A DNA stretch of 62,036 nt, filler included, from Choristocarpus tenellus KU-1152 (lineage: Eukaryota; Protista; Phaeophyceae): assembly GCA_964200185.2 (NCBI GenBank). It is 8 parts of 8 records of this genome, joined end to end, with 100 filler letters (N's around TTAATTAATTAA, not from the genome) between each part and the next. Parts side by side here need not be neighbours in the genome. Positions count along the whole stretch, not along the records: positions 15,544 to 26,163 come from CAXNAD020002825.1; positions 26,264 to 45,984 come from CAXNAD020000449.1; 6 more parts are not named here. One strand, written 5' to 3'. A program made the translations under genes and the position numbers. Below, piece by piece: positions 25,301 to 39,352 of this stretch; the first letter of the stretch is position 1; every line of letters starts with the position of its first letter. Under the pieces are notes generated by a model. The model was not told the DNA's origin. It worked only from the letters and a program-made list of their open reading frames with translations, and did no database searches.

Positions 25301-26263
25301 TCGGCAAAGGACCAGGACTAGCCTATAGGTCAGTCTGGTTGAAAATTCTGGCAGTAATGGACCAACCCCTCTTAGAAGACATTCTTCCGGTACCAGTATG
25401 CGGCCTGGTCCAACTCAAATCTCTGACCGTCCTGAATAAAAGGGTATGTTAGTCGGACATCTTAAGGTCAAAATGGATCAGGTTCGCTTGGTCAAAATGT
25501 GTCTAACAGACTCCCAAGTTGCCTTAAACACATGTTGTGGGTATAAAAGGGCTTCTATTAAAATCCTTAAAGCGGTATCATTTCCAGTCATCATTACATG
25601 ATAGATGAGAACTGTCTGGGTCAGTTCTGTACCATATGTACGTTTTTCAATGTCACGGGCTGGTCCATTCCCTGGTTTGATAAGGTCTTTGATGACCCTG
25701 GGCCAACCATGTCAACCATATTTCACCAGCGACCTGTTTGGTTAAAAGTCCTGGACTGGTCCCTTTTAGACATATTTGCTGGGGCCATCCCTTCATGTAT
25801 TCCTGGTCAGGCAAATAGCCAGACATATGTTCATGTTTTGCGAATGCTCCATTTTGATATTCCACAAAATATATACTTAGGCTTTCGAAAAATACATATT
25901 TCTTTCAGAAAAACAGGAAATTACTTTATTTTGTCTGCCATGATACTTTTTAGGAATGGAACCGAATCGGGTGGTGGTGTCAGGGCCAGGCCACAACCTG
26001 ACTCAGTAATAATGTTTTTGCGAGGGTCAGATCAAGGCTGAAGGACCTTTAGGAGGACTGGGTCGTGGACAAGATACTTTTTGAAAGAGCGGTCCGGTCT
26101 TAAACAGCTGATCACCAAAATTGAGGATGGAGCATTTTATGGAGGATGAGTTTGACCCAAAATNNNNNNNNNNNNNNNNNNNNNNNNNNNNNNNNNNNNN
26201 NNNNNNNTTAATTAATTAANNNNNNNNNNNNNNNNNNNNNNNNNNNNNNNNNNNNNNNNNNNN

Positions 26264-29200
26264 ATGGGGTGGATAAGCTGCTGTCAAAGGGATCTTCTAG
26301 AGCGAGTGGCGATGAAAAGGGTGGCGGGGTGGGGGGTGGGGAGGGTGAAGGGGGCAAAATAAATGGCACCACAGGTGGAGACATCAAGTCTGAGCAGTGG
26401 TGGGAAGAGTTCCAGAAACTAAAGGTCGGTAATTCTTTTGGGGAGGGGTGAGTATTCCCTCCTAGTCAGGAGTATTAGTTTGTGAATATTGTGCTTTACT
26501 CTGCATCCATCCAATACTTTTGTGGATGCTAAATGTTTTTCGTTTGACATAGGAATTCAGAGGGAATTTTTAAATTTGTAATCTCCTTGGTCTCTCGTAG
26601 GTGTTTCCATTGTTCAGTAAGCTGCTAAAGGGATCTTGACCAAACAATGAAGAGGCTACAGTCAAGATTTTGAAAGGATTCCCTTTGTTATTATTACTAG
26701 TATTGCTCACATGCAGAGTACAAGTTGATAATATTTTGTTTCAGAGGATTGTTCTATGGAGGATTTCACTGTTACCCACATACATACACAGATTTTCCAA
26801 TGTTGACAAAATCTAAGCTGCGACCTGCATTGTTGACTATTTAAAGCTGCCCATATGGCTAAGATTTTGACTAACGGTCCTAATTGGAGTCAAGTTCAGG
26901 TTGACAAATATACTGTACTTGCTGGTGTATTAGGCCAATATTTACAGCACTTTGGTTCACTACACCTTAACCAACCTATTGTGTGTTAAATTATGTTAAC
27001 TTTGTTGTTTGTCACTCGTGAAGCTTCATTCCACCAAAGGACAATTTTTGGAAGGTTTCAACCGATTGAGTTCTTGTTATTATTATTGTTTTGTTTGTGT
27101 CATTGGAAAATTCCTGCTCTTAGGAGGGAGTCCCACATTGAGCAACAATCTATCAACGATCTATCAACAATCTATCATCGACCGTTGAACCTCATGGCTG
27201 CAAATCTTTCCTTTTTTTTATTGTTGAATCATGAGCTTGTGTGTGTTCTACAACCCCCCCCCCCACCCTCTAGCTAGTGCTGTCTCTAAGAGAGTACACT
27301 GCTTTGATTTACTGTTAATAGTGTGATTGCACTTTGAATCTCTATCGCTGACCTGTTGAGTGTATTGTTATTAGGAGGTTGAAGCTGAGTCATTGCAAAG
27401 AGAAGGAAACAGACATGTATCCCTTGCTTTAGTGATTGGTTCAGTTAGCAATAGGGAACTAATCTCTATACCCTCTGGAGGCTACTTGGATGTGATGCGC
27501 TGCAGTCCTGACCATGCCACATCTTAAGGTATCCTTTTCCTGTATTCCCCCCCTTCACACCTTAGTGCTGCCCATGCATGTAGTGTTCCACATACCCTTG
27601 GCTCCCTCCCCTGTGTGTCCTGATCCTTACTAGGAGGAGGTTGACCCAGCTCTTCTACACTTGGATCCTTACCTACTGGGTGATTTTGTGCTGCTCGCTA
27701 TTAGTGCCACATTGGGGGGGATAGCCTCCTCAGCCATGAAGCTACCGCATACGCTGGGATACATTGTGGGAGGGATGCTGATTGGACCATCTGGCCTCAA
27801 TGCCATTTCCATGGTGTGTAATGTAGGAAGGGTATGATAGGTGGGAGGGTTTGAAGTGGCATGAAAGTGAAAAGCTCTTCTCATCTTTTTGTACTCTGAT
27901 ATGTTGAAGGTGTCAAAATGTGGATGTGGGAGTGTGTGCACAACACATTAGCTGATAGGCGTTTGATGCTCCAAATTCGTTTGAGCCGCAGATTTTTTTG
28001 TTTTTGTTGATGTGACAAACTCACAGCTTGCATACTGTTGACATCTCTCTCTCCTTTGCAGTTGCACTATCTCCCCTTCTCTCTCTTGCTGGGTCATTAT
28101 GATATATTGTGTTGCTGTCTACTGTCTACCTTGGTGCAATAATGTGGTGGGCCATATTCAGGTGACTGAGGTGGAGACATTTGCACAGTTTGGGTCGATC
28201 TTCTTGCTCTTTGGTCATGGGCTCATGTACTCCACGTACCTCCAGAGTGGGGGATGGCAAGAGTATGCGGATCAGGTACCTTGTTCAGTCATTGTCATAA
28301 CTCTAACCTAAACAGTAAATTGTTTGCATGGTGTTACTAATTAGTTGGGAGTAGTGCATGACATGAAGTATTTGTACTTTCAGACTTTGTGCATGGTGTT
28401 ACAGTGCATTACTGGGTATTGCTAGCTCTGGACAGGAATGTAGCATTGATTTGGATTGGCAGGAATGTGATGGATTTTTGAGTCAATGGTAATGTGGTCA
28501 TATGTGCATTAATAGTGCTTATCATCATTGTCTGTGCAATGAAAAGTCACTTCTTTTCTGCATGGGCAAAGTCTTTGATTTGGTAGCTGCCAGGGGGTAT
28601 TGTGTCATGACATTTTTAATGGAAATAATTTTGAATGTAGCTGGTAGGTCATTGACATTGTTGGTTCCTTTTTAATCAGAACCCCCCTTTCATCTTCAAC
28701 CAATGTTGGGATCCATAACACCAGCATCCTTTGCAGTCTTGTAGACTGTCCAAACCCTGGAGATGGTCTTGGGTATACCTCTCAAACATCGCAGCAACTC
28801 TTTTTATGTTGCTCTAATAGGAGTCCCTCTTGCTGCCTTGATTCAGCTTCACAGCAGTTGCCTTTTTTCAACCAGCGTCATATTCTTTCTTTCTTTTGAT
28901 AGTCTTAGACATCTTTTGACTGATTGATGTGCCTGGTGTGTGACTGGAAGGGCTCTGACTGGGGATTTCAAATCTAGGTCTTGATTTCACCCTTCTTCCA
29001 GTTCCCCAAACCAAACATGTCAATTGTATGTCACATTTGAACTGACCAATTAGAGTGCACCCTTTACAATAGCATAATCAGTTTGAAAACATTCGTTGAT
29101 GGGAGTGAGTTGTTATGGGATAATGTCCAAATCAGTGCTATATTCCTGCCCAGAGGCAGATTATATTAATTGTACTTTACTTTCTCCAAGAGGGCAAGAG

Positions 29201-32200
29201 CTTCCAGCTAGGGAATATATCAAACTGCATACAGCCCTTTGATCAGCCCTGGTCCTAAGCCCCTACCCACCCCTCTCTTTATCCTGCATACAAGACTCTC
29301 CATACAATACACAATACACAACCCTGTGCTTGATATGTATGTTCCCACATCACTTTATCACCTTATCACCTTGCCAGGGACGCATGGGAGCATTAACGGT
29401 CCTCTTTGTGGTGTTCTCTGCCCTTCTGGTATGTGCAAGCCTTATGGGCATTGATGGTTCGGTGAGCACCCACACCCACTTGTGCATTCCTTTTAATTTT
29501 AATGCGTGACATCTCAATATTTTTTTAGAGTAGTTGGGTTGTGAGAAGGGCATGCTCATGAAGAGCTAATCACGAAATAATGTGGAGGGGGTGAGGACTA
29601 GGCAGAGGAGATAAGGGGAGTCTAGTAGGGAGGAGTACACTTTTTTTGGTGTCCTTGAGTTTGTCAGTAGTTTGTCAGTTGTTCCTGCTTTCAATGGTAT
29701 CCCCATGTTACATCTTGTCTGGAGTCGATGGCATATTAATGTAGAAGGAGGATGTTTGGGGAGGTGAGCAGACCTTGCCATGTGCCATAAAGGAGGTTCC
29801 TTTCTTCTGGGAGTTGCTTCACTGGTACAGAGAGGTATCATTAATGTCTCCTGTAGCTGTGATGAAGTTTGATTCTAAGTTGTAGATGCCGATAAGGTCT
29901 GTCTGTCATAAAGGGGACTGATTTGACATTGTTAGTTCAATGGGTTCATAAGGCTGACCAGTTTGTAGAGGATGGCCTACTCTTTACTACGGAGGCACCC
30001 CCTTCATGTTCTCGAGATATTTCTTATTTCAAGTAGGTGCTGATCCCTGCTTGGAGAGTCAGGAGGTGATGGAAGATTCGATAGGTTGATCCAAATGTTT
30101 TGTTGTATTGTGCTAAAAAGATATTTTGAAACCCGATCGAGGAAAGAATATACATAAATTCAATGTGTCATGAATAGAAGATGTTATTAATACCAGGTTG
30201 TGCCACTTGTTGTTCAGAGTGATAATTTGTCATCTCTCCTCAGCAAGAAAATAAAATTAAATGGAAATACACAGTGTATATACCAAGAATTGAACACTCT
30301 AGGAATTAGATCGGTGGGGAAAAATAAAATATCTATGCTGTGTATTAGTAGTATGTATAGGTTTCATGCCCAGTTGGATGAAACAAATGTGTACTTTGTA
30401 TTTATTTTTTATGGACACGAAAAAGCAATTTATTTGTCAAAACTGATTGGATAGTGTATGGATCCATGGTGGTGAGTGAAGACCTTCCATTCTCTCTGAT
30501 AGTGAGTGTACACAAAAGGCTTCCTCTCTTGCAGATAGAACAGTATGGAGCACAGGCAACCATCATTGTGCATTCATCTACATAAAATGACACTCCTTCA
30601 GGAGTGAGTATATCTTGCATTTCCACTGAAGGGACCAGTCTACCACTCAACCAGGTGCCATTGCACCACATGATGTTGAGGTTGTTCTCCCCTAAGCTCT
30701 TATCTTCTTACACCCCTGCAACCGAATGGAGATCCTGCACAGACAAAAGCCTCACCAAGGAGTTCATCTTCCAGCCCCTGCCCCTGCCATGCTTGCGCTT
30801 CCACATGAGTCTCATGTAGGCTATCCGTGTAGGCTATCCTTGCTCACAGGCGAGTGGGTAAACACTCCCACCATTGCAGTTGCCCTGTTGAGTAGCTGCC
30901 TACTTTGTGGTTCCTATCAGCCTTGCTGGTTCTATTACTTCTTTTTTATTCCAAGTCTCCGCATCACTGACATACTGAATGAATGTGTGGAGTATGTTAC
31001 CACTGACTCTTCAGTGCCTCTCAGTGCATTGGGAATGTTTTTTTCTTTCTAGTCCGTGGCCCCGTCAAGAAAAATAAATATATATATATATAAAATAAAA
31101 GCATGATGGGGCTCTACCTTATCATACCCATAAAACTGCTGATGTACCCCTTGATAAACTGAACCAGGTAAATGTGAATGCGTTGGGCAAGGCAAAGGAA
31201 AGATGAAGTGTCAATGTCCTTTTAGACTCAATAGTACTCAATAGTATCATAGAGAGGGGTTGATTCAGATCCTTTTAAATGTAAGGGGCCTCTAAATTTT
31301 CATGCTTGGAATATCCATTCCCATCCCCGATCCCCGATATTTGGTCATCCCCCATCAGGAGGCTGTCAATGTAGAAGAGGAGATCAATGTACATCCATGC
31401 AAGCACAAAATCACCCTCCAGAGTGGTAGGAGTACGTGAAACGGAGAATGGTAGTCACACAAGCCCCTTATACTCAATTCCACCCCCTTCTATGACACTA
31501 TGACTCTAAACATGAAAAGTAGAGTGTGATATAATATGTAATTATTAATTAATACTTATCACTTGGAAGAAAGGGGAACATTCTCTAGGTGCAAAGTCCA
31601 AGTACACAAGTACACGCTACCTTTAATTCTATGCATGGGACTAAGCGTGTCCAAGTTGTGTATTGTTGGAGGAAAAAAAAAACACATGGCATGACATGTC
31701 TATCTTGTGTGTAATTATTGATTGCACTGAATGATTCCTAGGTACCACTTTCCACCTACCACATACCACATACCACTACCAGAAGCACGCCACTAACTGA
31801 GAAAAAGATGACACTACAAAACAGTACCGTATTGACATAAATATGACATACAATAAGTAAATTGCTGTTGGTTTGTTAGTGTTATTTTTTATATTTACAC
31901 ACAATCTAGGATTAACCTTCCTGGATTTGATGTTCATAGAAATGTTCGTGCTATGAAAATCGAAAGTTGAGGGGGTGAAATACTCCGATACTCCCTACCT
32001 GAAGAGTTCCCCAGCACCAAAGTGACAGTAACAGTTCAGTGCTCAACATTAGGACTGGTTGTAAGATTCAGAACACTGGTAACCCATTTACCAATGAGGC
32101 CGGTCAGGGGTGCAAAAGCTGTATAGTATTTATTCACTTTTAGTTTGGGGACTGTCCTGACCTCTAGTCAGTGGGACTGACTGCGCACTACACTACTCCT

Positions 32201-35200
32201 CATACTGTTTGAATAACTGTTTTGAATAACTACCGTATCTTACTGTTTCACTGTGACTGATTGTACTGTAGTACCTCTCATGCCTTCTTTCATGTTGGGT
32301 TAGCTACCTATTCCACTGCTCATTGTTAGTCCTTCCTCAAGTCTCAAGTCTCAAATCTCAAATCTCATGCTGGATGTGCCTCTTCGACTCTTGGCAATGA
32401 AGCCTTGTCACCTTGTTCTTGATCCATTTCTGTTGTGGTATAGCAGCAGATAGGCTAGTATCACAGGTGTGCAATCTGCAGTGCTTACCATGTGTATTTT
32501 GGATCATCGAAACGATTTTTACATGTATTGATCACATTTTACCCGGGTCTGCCCTGTAAAAACTCATGTGGTTAAAAGGAAGGCTGTTCCCTACATGACC
32601 CATCAACACCAGAGTTCAATACATGTAAACATGTGATCTACCCTGGCAAGGTTGGGGCTACAAATAACTCGCCCAGGCTGACCCATTTAAGTGTGTTTCG
32701 GTGTAAAGCTCTGGGTGATTTGTTTGTTATTGTGCCTGGTAATCACAGCATGCCAACTGCTGAGAGCCATCACTCTTCCCTGGTGTGTGGTAAAGGTGGC
32801 TGTAGCTTTGTACGATGGAAAGGTCACTGTGGATTCAACACAAGCACATTCTCAAAGAGCAAGTTGTTTATGTTGAATTTTGTTGCCTGTTTAATTTTGT
32901 ATCAGTAATGTAATATGATATTATATGTATGACAAACTGCCTTGTGGTAGAGCAGTCGTTTTTTGTTATTGGTGTGCATCGCCAATCAGAAGTTAGTCAT
33001 TGAGCAAATATCATTTGCTATAGTCACAGAATAAACATGCTATAATCACAGAATAAACATGCCCTCTGTCCTCCACACTACACTAGAAGTGCCAAGGAGT
33101 AGGCACCAGGTAGTCAGTAGTTCTTGTGCTAATTGTAGTTTAGAAACTGCCGCGTCTCAACACTGGATACACATCTCAAACCAAAAAGGTTATATTGCTC
33201 TTTCCCTCTTCCCTACACTCCCCCTCATATTTAGTTTTTGTTTGTGTGATTGCAATGATGGTGATGGTCAGATCATGCCCTCTTTGCTGGTCCTGTGGAT
33301 GTTTGTGTTGTTGTGCCTTTGTGCTCTCTTTTCAGATAGAGAGCATCTTCCTGTCAGCTGCAGCAACACTCTCCTCCACAGCCATGGTGACGGAGTTCCT
33401 GGGTCATGTTGGCCTGACGGACACAGTGTTTGCCAGTATGGTGGTCGATTTGGTTTCCATGCAAGATATTGTCATGTGAGTTTGTTGAGCACCCCCGTGG
33501 CAACTGAGTGTGGAGTTTTCTGCTTGTCAATACTCTTGAATTTTTTCAGCATGATGAGTGTTGGAGGTGTGCATTGCTGGCCCATGATAGGCCCTCCTGG
33601 TGTTGATAACTTTTTTTGTGTGTGAATACATGTTTTCATATTGTTGGACACGAAGCACCAAACACCCTGTAAGAATACTTGAGGAGGGACCACAAGTACT
33701 CTCAACAATATCAATGGTGTGGTGCTGGCTTTGTTTGTCCTTGCCCTCTTTGGGGGAAGTTTTGTGTCATGTCGTGTTTATATTCGTAGGGCCTTTCCCA
33801 GTCACGGCAGTGGCTTTTCTGTCAGTTAGTGGCTCAAGTATTCTGTACCAGACGTTCTCAGGCATGAGACCCAGAACCGAGCAGGTCAACAAGACCACTG
33901 TGATTCACCACATACTCACAATCTAGAAGGTACACCATGGTGTAAATGTTCTAAAGTTGTAAACCACTGTACCTGTAAATACATACTCTGGGAAGTAAAC
34001 TGTTTGATTTTGGAATGAAGTAAACCACCCCAACGAGTATGAATAGTGCATATTTTTATGTGTTGGCAACATTACATGGCTTGGACTCAGAATATCGTCA
34101 CCTGTTCATTACAAGCACCTCTTTGGTGCAACTGTGGAACAATGAGGATGGTTTCCAATTGCCCCACCCAGTGTTTCTGTTAGAGTAGATGCAAATCAGG
34201 GTGTGACATTTGCACTTTTGCATTTGCTTCTTATAGATACACATATCTATTACACCCCCCTCCCCAAGACAAAACTTCTTTGTGTGTCTGGTTAGGTAGG
34301 TATCATATGGTTTGGGACTGATATAACCAATAAAGGGCTGGGGCATAGGCGGTGGATAAACTTCACCAAGGAGAACAAAAAAAAAACTGCTGTATTTTTT
34401 TACCTTGTGTGTATGCGCGCCTGGGTTTCTATTCCCACTTTTTTTTGTGACAGTTACATCCATCAATCGACTTCACTCCTAGCAACACCTGTAACTTGTA
34501 TTCTTCGAGTGTATCTACATATGTAAGTGCTTAGACAGTATTTTGTGTTGTACATCAAATTGCATGATTACCAGCAGGTCTTTGTTTCCTTCATCGATTG
34601 CACAGGTGCCCCCTGTTGGCTGTCCCCACAGCAATAATGCGGATGGCTCAAGATGCCAATGGAGTCGAGATTATTGTACGTGTGGTGGGGTGTGCTCTTG
34701 TGCTGTTGGGGTTCATTGTTGTGTCCCGAAGACTCCTTCCAACTGTGATGCGTCTTCTTCTGGTTAAGGACAATGAGAAGGTGGGTTGGTGCCTTGTTGC
34801 TGACTACTTTTTGGGCACTATTTGTTCGTTTGACATGCACAGATTAGATTATATTGGTTTCTGTGGATGGTTGTAGTGTGTTCTAATACCATTCAGAACG
34901 CGATTTGAGATAGATTGAATTGCACAAGCAGAACCGCATAACCATTATTTAGTCCTCCTGAATTGGTAAAAAGTGTACCTGAACCCTGTGTGTGTAAGTG
35001 TCAGATGTGACATACATCAACGCGTTTACAACGACTGTTGTTGTCTTTGCCACAGTAAGAAACGGTTTCAGAGGGAGCTTTGACATTAGGGTTTGGTTTA
35101 TCAAAAGCATGAACATGTAAAAGAACATGATCTTAGTGTGGTTCCGGTTTTTCTTTTCATTTAACCTTGCGGGATGTTTTGGTGTATAGTTGGACCGCTG

Positions 35201-38200
35201 TTTTGGATAGTATATTTACAGTTGTTTAGACCTGACTGGACAACTGGAGCTTGGATTTTGGAGGTAAGGTCACAGTCATACCTGTGGTGAACAGTGATGG
35301 CAGGATGGCCCTTGAGAGGTTGTGCACGGTAATGATGGGGGCTCTAATTGAAGGGTTGGCAATCAAGTACAATTTTTAATGCTTCCCTTTTGGTCTGCCA
35401 CAACAAAAGAACTTGTATATTTTTTATTTGAGATATCATCTATTATTGCTACTGTTATTATTACTACTACTATTATTATTATTATTATTATTGGTACGCT
35501 TATGCAATAGAGTTGGGGTATGAAAACTAGGTTCAGTGGAATTGATTGGATCATTTTGGGGTTAGGGTTAGGGTTAGGGATGGGTAGCAGAGGGAGTAAA
35601 CGCTGTTCAGTGTGTTGTTTGAGGCCATGTACTCTGTTGGTCTTTGAAACAGCCAAGCGCTTTTGTATGAATGAGGTACTTCAAGATCGTTGTAGTGTGA
35701 ACTACAGTCCATTTCCCTGAGCACTATAGCAACAGTGTGGTCCTTTTTGGACTCTGAATCACAAAACACATGTTCGAGTCGATTAATTTAATCTCATAAT
35801 AGTACAAGATCTCGATTAGTAGTAGGTCAGTTATTATCAGGCATCTGATGGTGTGTGCTTATACTGCAGGATTCCGTTTGATCGTTTTTGTATATTTAAT
35901 GTTTCATTGATAATCTATACTACAGTGGCAACAAGTTCAAGATTGAAGTTTTACCATTGATGTTGTTGCTGTATTTGCATGTTTTTCATTTCGGTCAGTT
36001 TACCAATGGGTTGCATGGTTACCACAAGTGCACATCAACATGGTATGGATAAACATTTTCCCCAACCATTTTACCTAACCAAGAAAAGTCTGCATTTTTA
36101 ATGCAGTCGTACCAAATTTGAAGGACCCTGAAAAGCATGGTAGGTGTGAAGCAGGCGGAGAATTTTGCATACCCCTAGTTGTAGTCTTCTGCGCTGCTTA
36201 CAAATAATCAAGTACCTTGCACACAACATGCACGACTCCATGATGTATGCCTCTGTTCAGGGCTAATCCCTCTTGGTGTAGAGTGCATTGATTGTGGCAC
36301 TATGTTAGTTTTTTTTTCTCATGGTTCGATACATTGTATATCCCTATCCAATAGTGTCCCAGGTACGGATCGCCCCCTTGTAATGGATACTTTCATTCTA
36401 CATTTGCAGGGTCACAGTGCATGTTGGATGAGCGCTTGGTACGACATGAGAATCTGTCTTTGTTGCAGAAGCTGAAAATTAACCTCATCTCACAAGTGAA
36501 GATTTGATTCCCCCCCCACCCCCCAAAACCCCATTTGCAGTCCAAAATCAGACTCCTAGTCTGCTGCTTGAAAGCAGTCAAAACCTTTTTTTTATTGGAG
36601 CATATAATACATGTCCATCCATCCATCCATCCAACTTTTTTATGCATTGAGCGTGTGTAATGCGTCCGCATCATTGTGCTGCCAGGAGTTGTCTTCCGGC
36701 CTATTCTCATTGGGCGTGGTCAGCTACTGTTTAGGAGGGGCACTGGTGTGTGAGCGACTCAACCTCAGTCATGAGGTAGGAGAGGGGATTCAGGGGAGCT
36801 GAGCTGGATGAACAATCGTTTCATAGCAGTAATAGTCAATGGTGATGGGGGGTTAGCATCTGTGCTCTCAATGTTTTGTCAAATTTATAGCTATTGTTTT
36901 ACTTACGAGCAGCTTGGGTGAGCATAACATTATGCCAGAGTATTCCTCACCCTTGGTATATGATGTAACTTGTTGACTGGGAAATGACAAAAGATTACTC
37001 CAAACTATCCAGGAGTGCTGTTTGGTAGTGCTTGTATTAGTAATTGATAGGTTGTTTAAGGCGACGGCTTGTAATAATTGCATGGCAAGGTCAAATGCTC
37101 TTTGCACTTTTCTGAACTCAAACAAGCACCTTTGGTGTACCCGGATTTTTAAGAGCATATTTTTATATTGTTTCTTACTTCAAACTCAAGTACTTACAGT
37201 AACTACCTTGCTTTATAGAATGCTATGATTTGTTTGTTTGCTTCTGGGGTTGTTATAATGACAATTATCTGTTGTCATTGGAAAGGAATGTTAATGAGTC
37301 TCAATCCTCATTGCCCACCTCAGATTGCCCTATTGTGCCATGTCTTTGTCCACCCAATGGCATGCTTCATAACATGGCCGCCATCCTTCTGCAACCAGAG
37401 CAACCAATACATTTATCTTTTGTGGGCTACCTGTTCAAGTATTGTTGTGTATTATAGAAATAGAGTACACATGTCTTATTCTTTTTGTATCCTCCTCCAG
37501 GCTGGTGCACTTCTTGCTGGTCTTCTGATGATGGACTCCCCCTTTGCCAAGAAGGCTCATGGTTGCATGCAACCTCTTACTAGCCTCTTTGGTGGCATGT
37601 ACCTTGGTTCTGTCGGAATGATAGCAAATCCGGTGAGAAATACCAATTGTAGAATGATGGGTGGTAAGAGGGGGCAATATTTAGAATAAATTTTGTAGAA
37701 ATTGTTGGGGTGGGGTTGATTCCTTCCTTTGTTTGGGACATATATTGAGATTAGTCCATCCCAACGTGTGTGCCCTGCAGTTGCTTTTTCTGTGGTATGT
37801 AGTGCCTCTATTTTAGTTGGCACTTTTCACAAGGCTCCACTTATGATGGCAAATAGTATTTTGATCTATTTGTAGGGCTTGGTACAACACAGCACTTTGC
37901 CCTGTCTTTTGTTCCTACCTTGTGTCAGAAGGGAAAATTTATAGGTTAGTCATGTAGGATGGTGTTGGTGAGTTTTTTTATGGATGTGTAGCATATTCAA
38001 GGTCTTACTCACCCTTAGTGGTTCATGTTCCTAATACAACACTGTGTCCTTGTTGTACACATAGGCATTTATCATCTGGAATTGTGGGGATATCTTTGGC
38101 AGCATTTGCATGTTGATCATGATCAAACTGATAATTGTCGCAGTGGTGATGCGATCTTTTGGGTTTACACTAAAGGCTTCCACACTGGCAGGTGCATGCA

Positions 38201-39352
38201 TGGCACAGGTGAGATATTTTGTTGTTGTAGTAGTGATGCCCTGGACTTCATCCACAGTTTCGGGTTGTGGGGCAATATTGTGAGTATTGAGATGAGACTT
38301 TTTCTCCAACTCCCATTGTTTTACATCTTGTGAATAACTGTTACGGTATTTTTTTTTGCAGGAGGGACTACATACGTTCCCGACAGATTTCTGCTGTAGA
38401 GCCTTGTAGCTTTGTGTTGTCCTGTGGAATGCCATTTTTTTGTTTGGGTTGAACCCTGCAGAAGCTGTAGAATCTCTTTTGTTGGTAACACCTCTTTTTA
38501 GACCATGTACCAACAATTACATATTTTTCATTTAAACAAAAATCCAAATTGGAAGGGTCAAAACGGATGATTAGTTTTGTTGCTTATTTTTGATTGAGCC
38601 TTCTCATTGGTCGAATATTTCTGGGTTTTGCCTACCTAACAGAACTGCTTAAAGTAGTTCTGTTTAGTTTGGGGAAATTAAAATATAATTTACCACTGAG
38701 AAGGTTGAACAAAATTACATTACATCATGTTCCATTTTGGACCCATCCGATTTGGTACAATTATTGTTGTATATCCTATAATTGTCTGAAATTTTCCTGT
38801 TAACAGACAGCCTTACTATACATAATTGGTACCTTGTGATCATTTAAGTGTATTCTTTTATACTTCAAAGCATTTTGAGGTGGAATAATAACTCTAAAAC
38901 AATCCTTATGCCCTCTTCTCTGCAATTGTGCTATTGAACAGGTGTCTGAGATATCCCTTTTCTTTGTTGCACAAGCACAGCATCTGAACCTCATCAGTCG
39001 ATACAACTACCTCATGTTTGTTGCTGCTACCATCATCCTCATGGCTGCCAGCCCTTTTGTCATTGGGGCGCTCCAACGTCTCCAAGTAACACTAAAAGGG
39101 GAGAGGGATGGCACAGGGGTCAACAATGGAGAAGGGGGAGGGCTTACTCTCACACAGGAGAAGGAAAGGGCCTTCTCCCCTTCAAGAACTCCAAGAAATG
39201 CTGTGGATAAGGAAGGACAAACCCCCAAGAGACCCAGGCGACCAAGTAAACTGCCAATTGACAAGATTGAAGGCAATGGTGTTAAGGAGTCACGGGGAAG
39301 GACTGGATCGTTGAGTCCTAATGCACGACGGCGCTACTGGGCAGTTGTTTGA
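26264..39352 (+). CDS. K+/H+ efflux antiporter, CPA2 family (KEA4/5/6-TMCO3-like); 5' end off contig
   Basis: GT-AG exons 27634-27813 (DPALLHLDPYLLGDFVLLAISATLGG..GYIVGGMLIGPSGL), 28162-28275 (EVETFAQFGSIFLLF), probable 31359-31425 and ~32692-32789, 33336-33475 (LSSTAMV..SMQD), 34606-34780, 36686-36775, 37501-37632 (AGALLAGL..LFGGMYLGSVGM), 38065-38208, 38942-39352 (VSEISLFFV..; stop). Probable upstream exon 26264-26423. Confidence 0.88.
28426..29155 (-). mobile_element. Internally deleted Tc1/mariner-like element in a KEA intron
   Basis: 30-bp TIRs CTCTGGACAGGAATGTAGCATTGATTTGGA / TCCAAATCAGTGCTATATTCCTGCCCAGAG; minus-strand fragments MSKTIKRRKNMTLVEK, IKRVAAMFE, PKTISRVW (HTH) and NVNDL (mariner SPDxNVxDL-like). 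Confidence 0.7.

Noticed and set aside
15544-26163. Fanzor/TnpB cargo in the TE-rich contig
   Set aside because: No RuvC (D..E..D) plus CxxC zinc-finger pattern was recognisable in the ORFs or frames I read.
29200-30060. Possible decayed retroelement in a KEA intron (also 30720-30910 and 46400-47300)
   Set aside because: Too degenerate to support a family call by eye.
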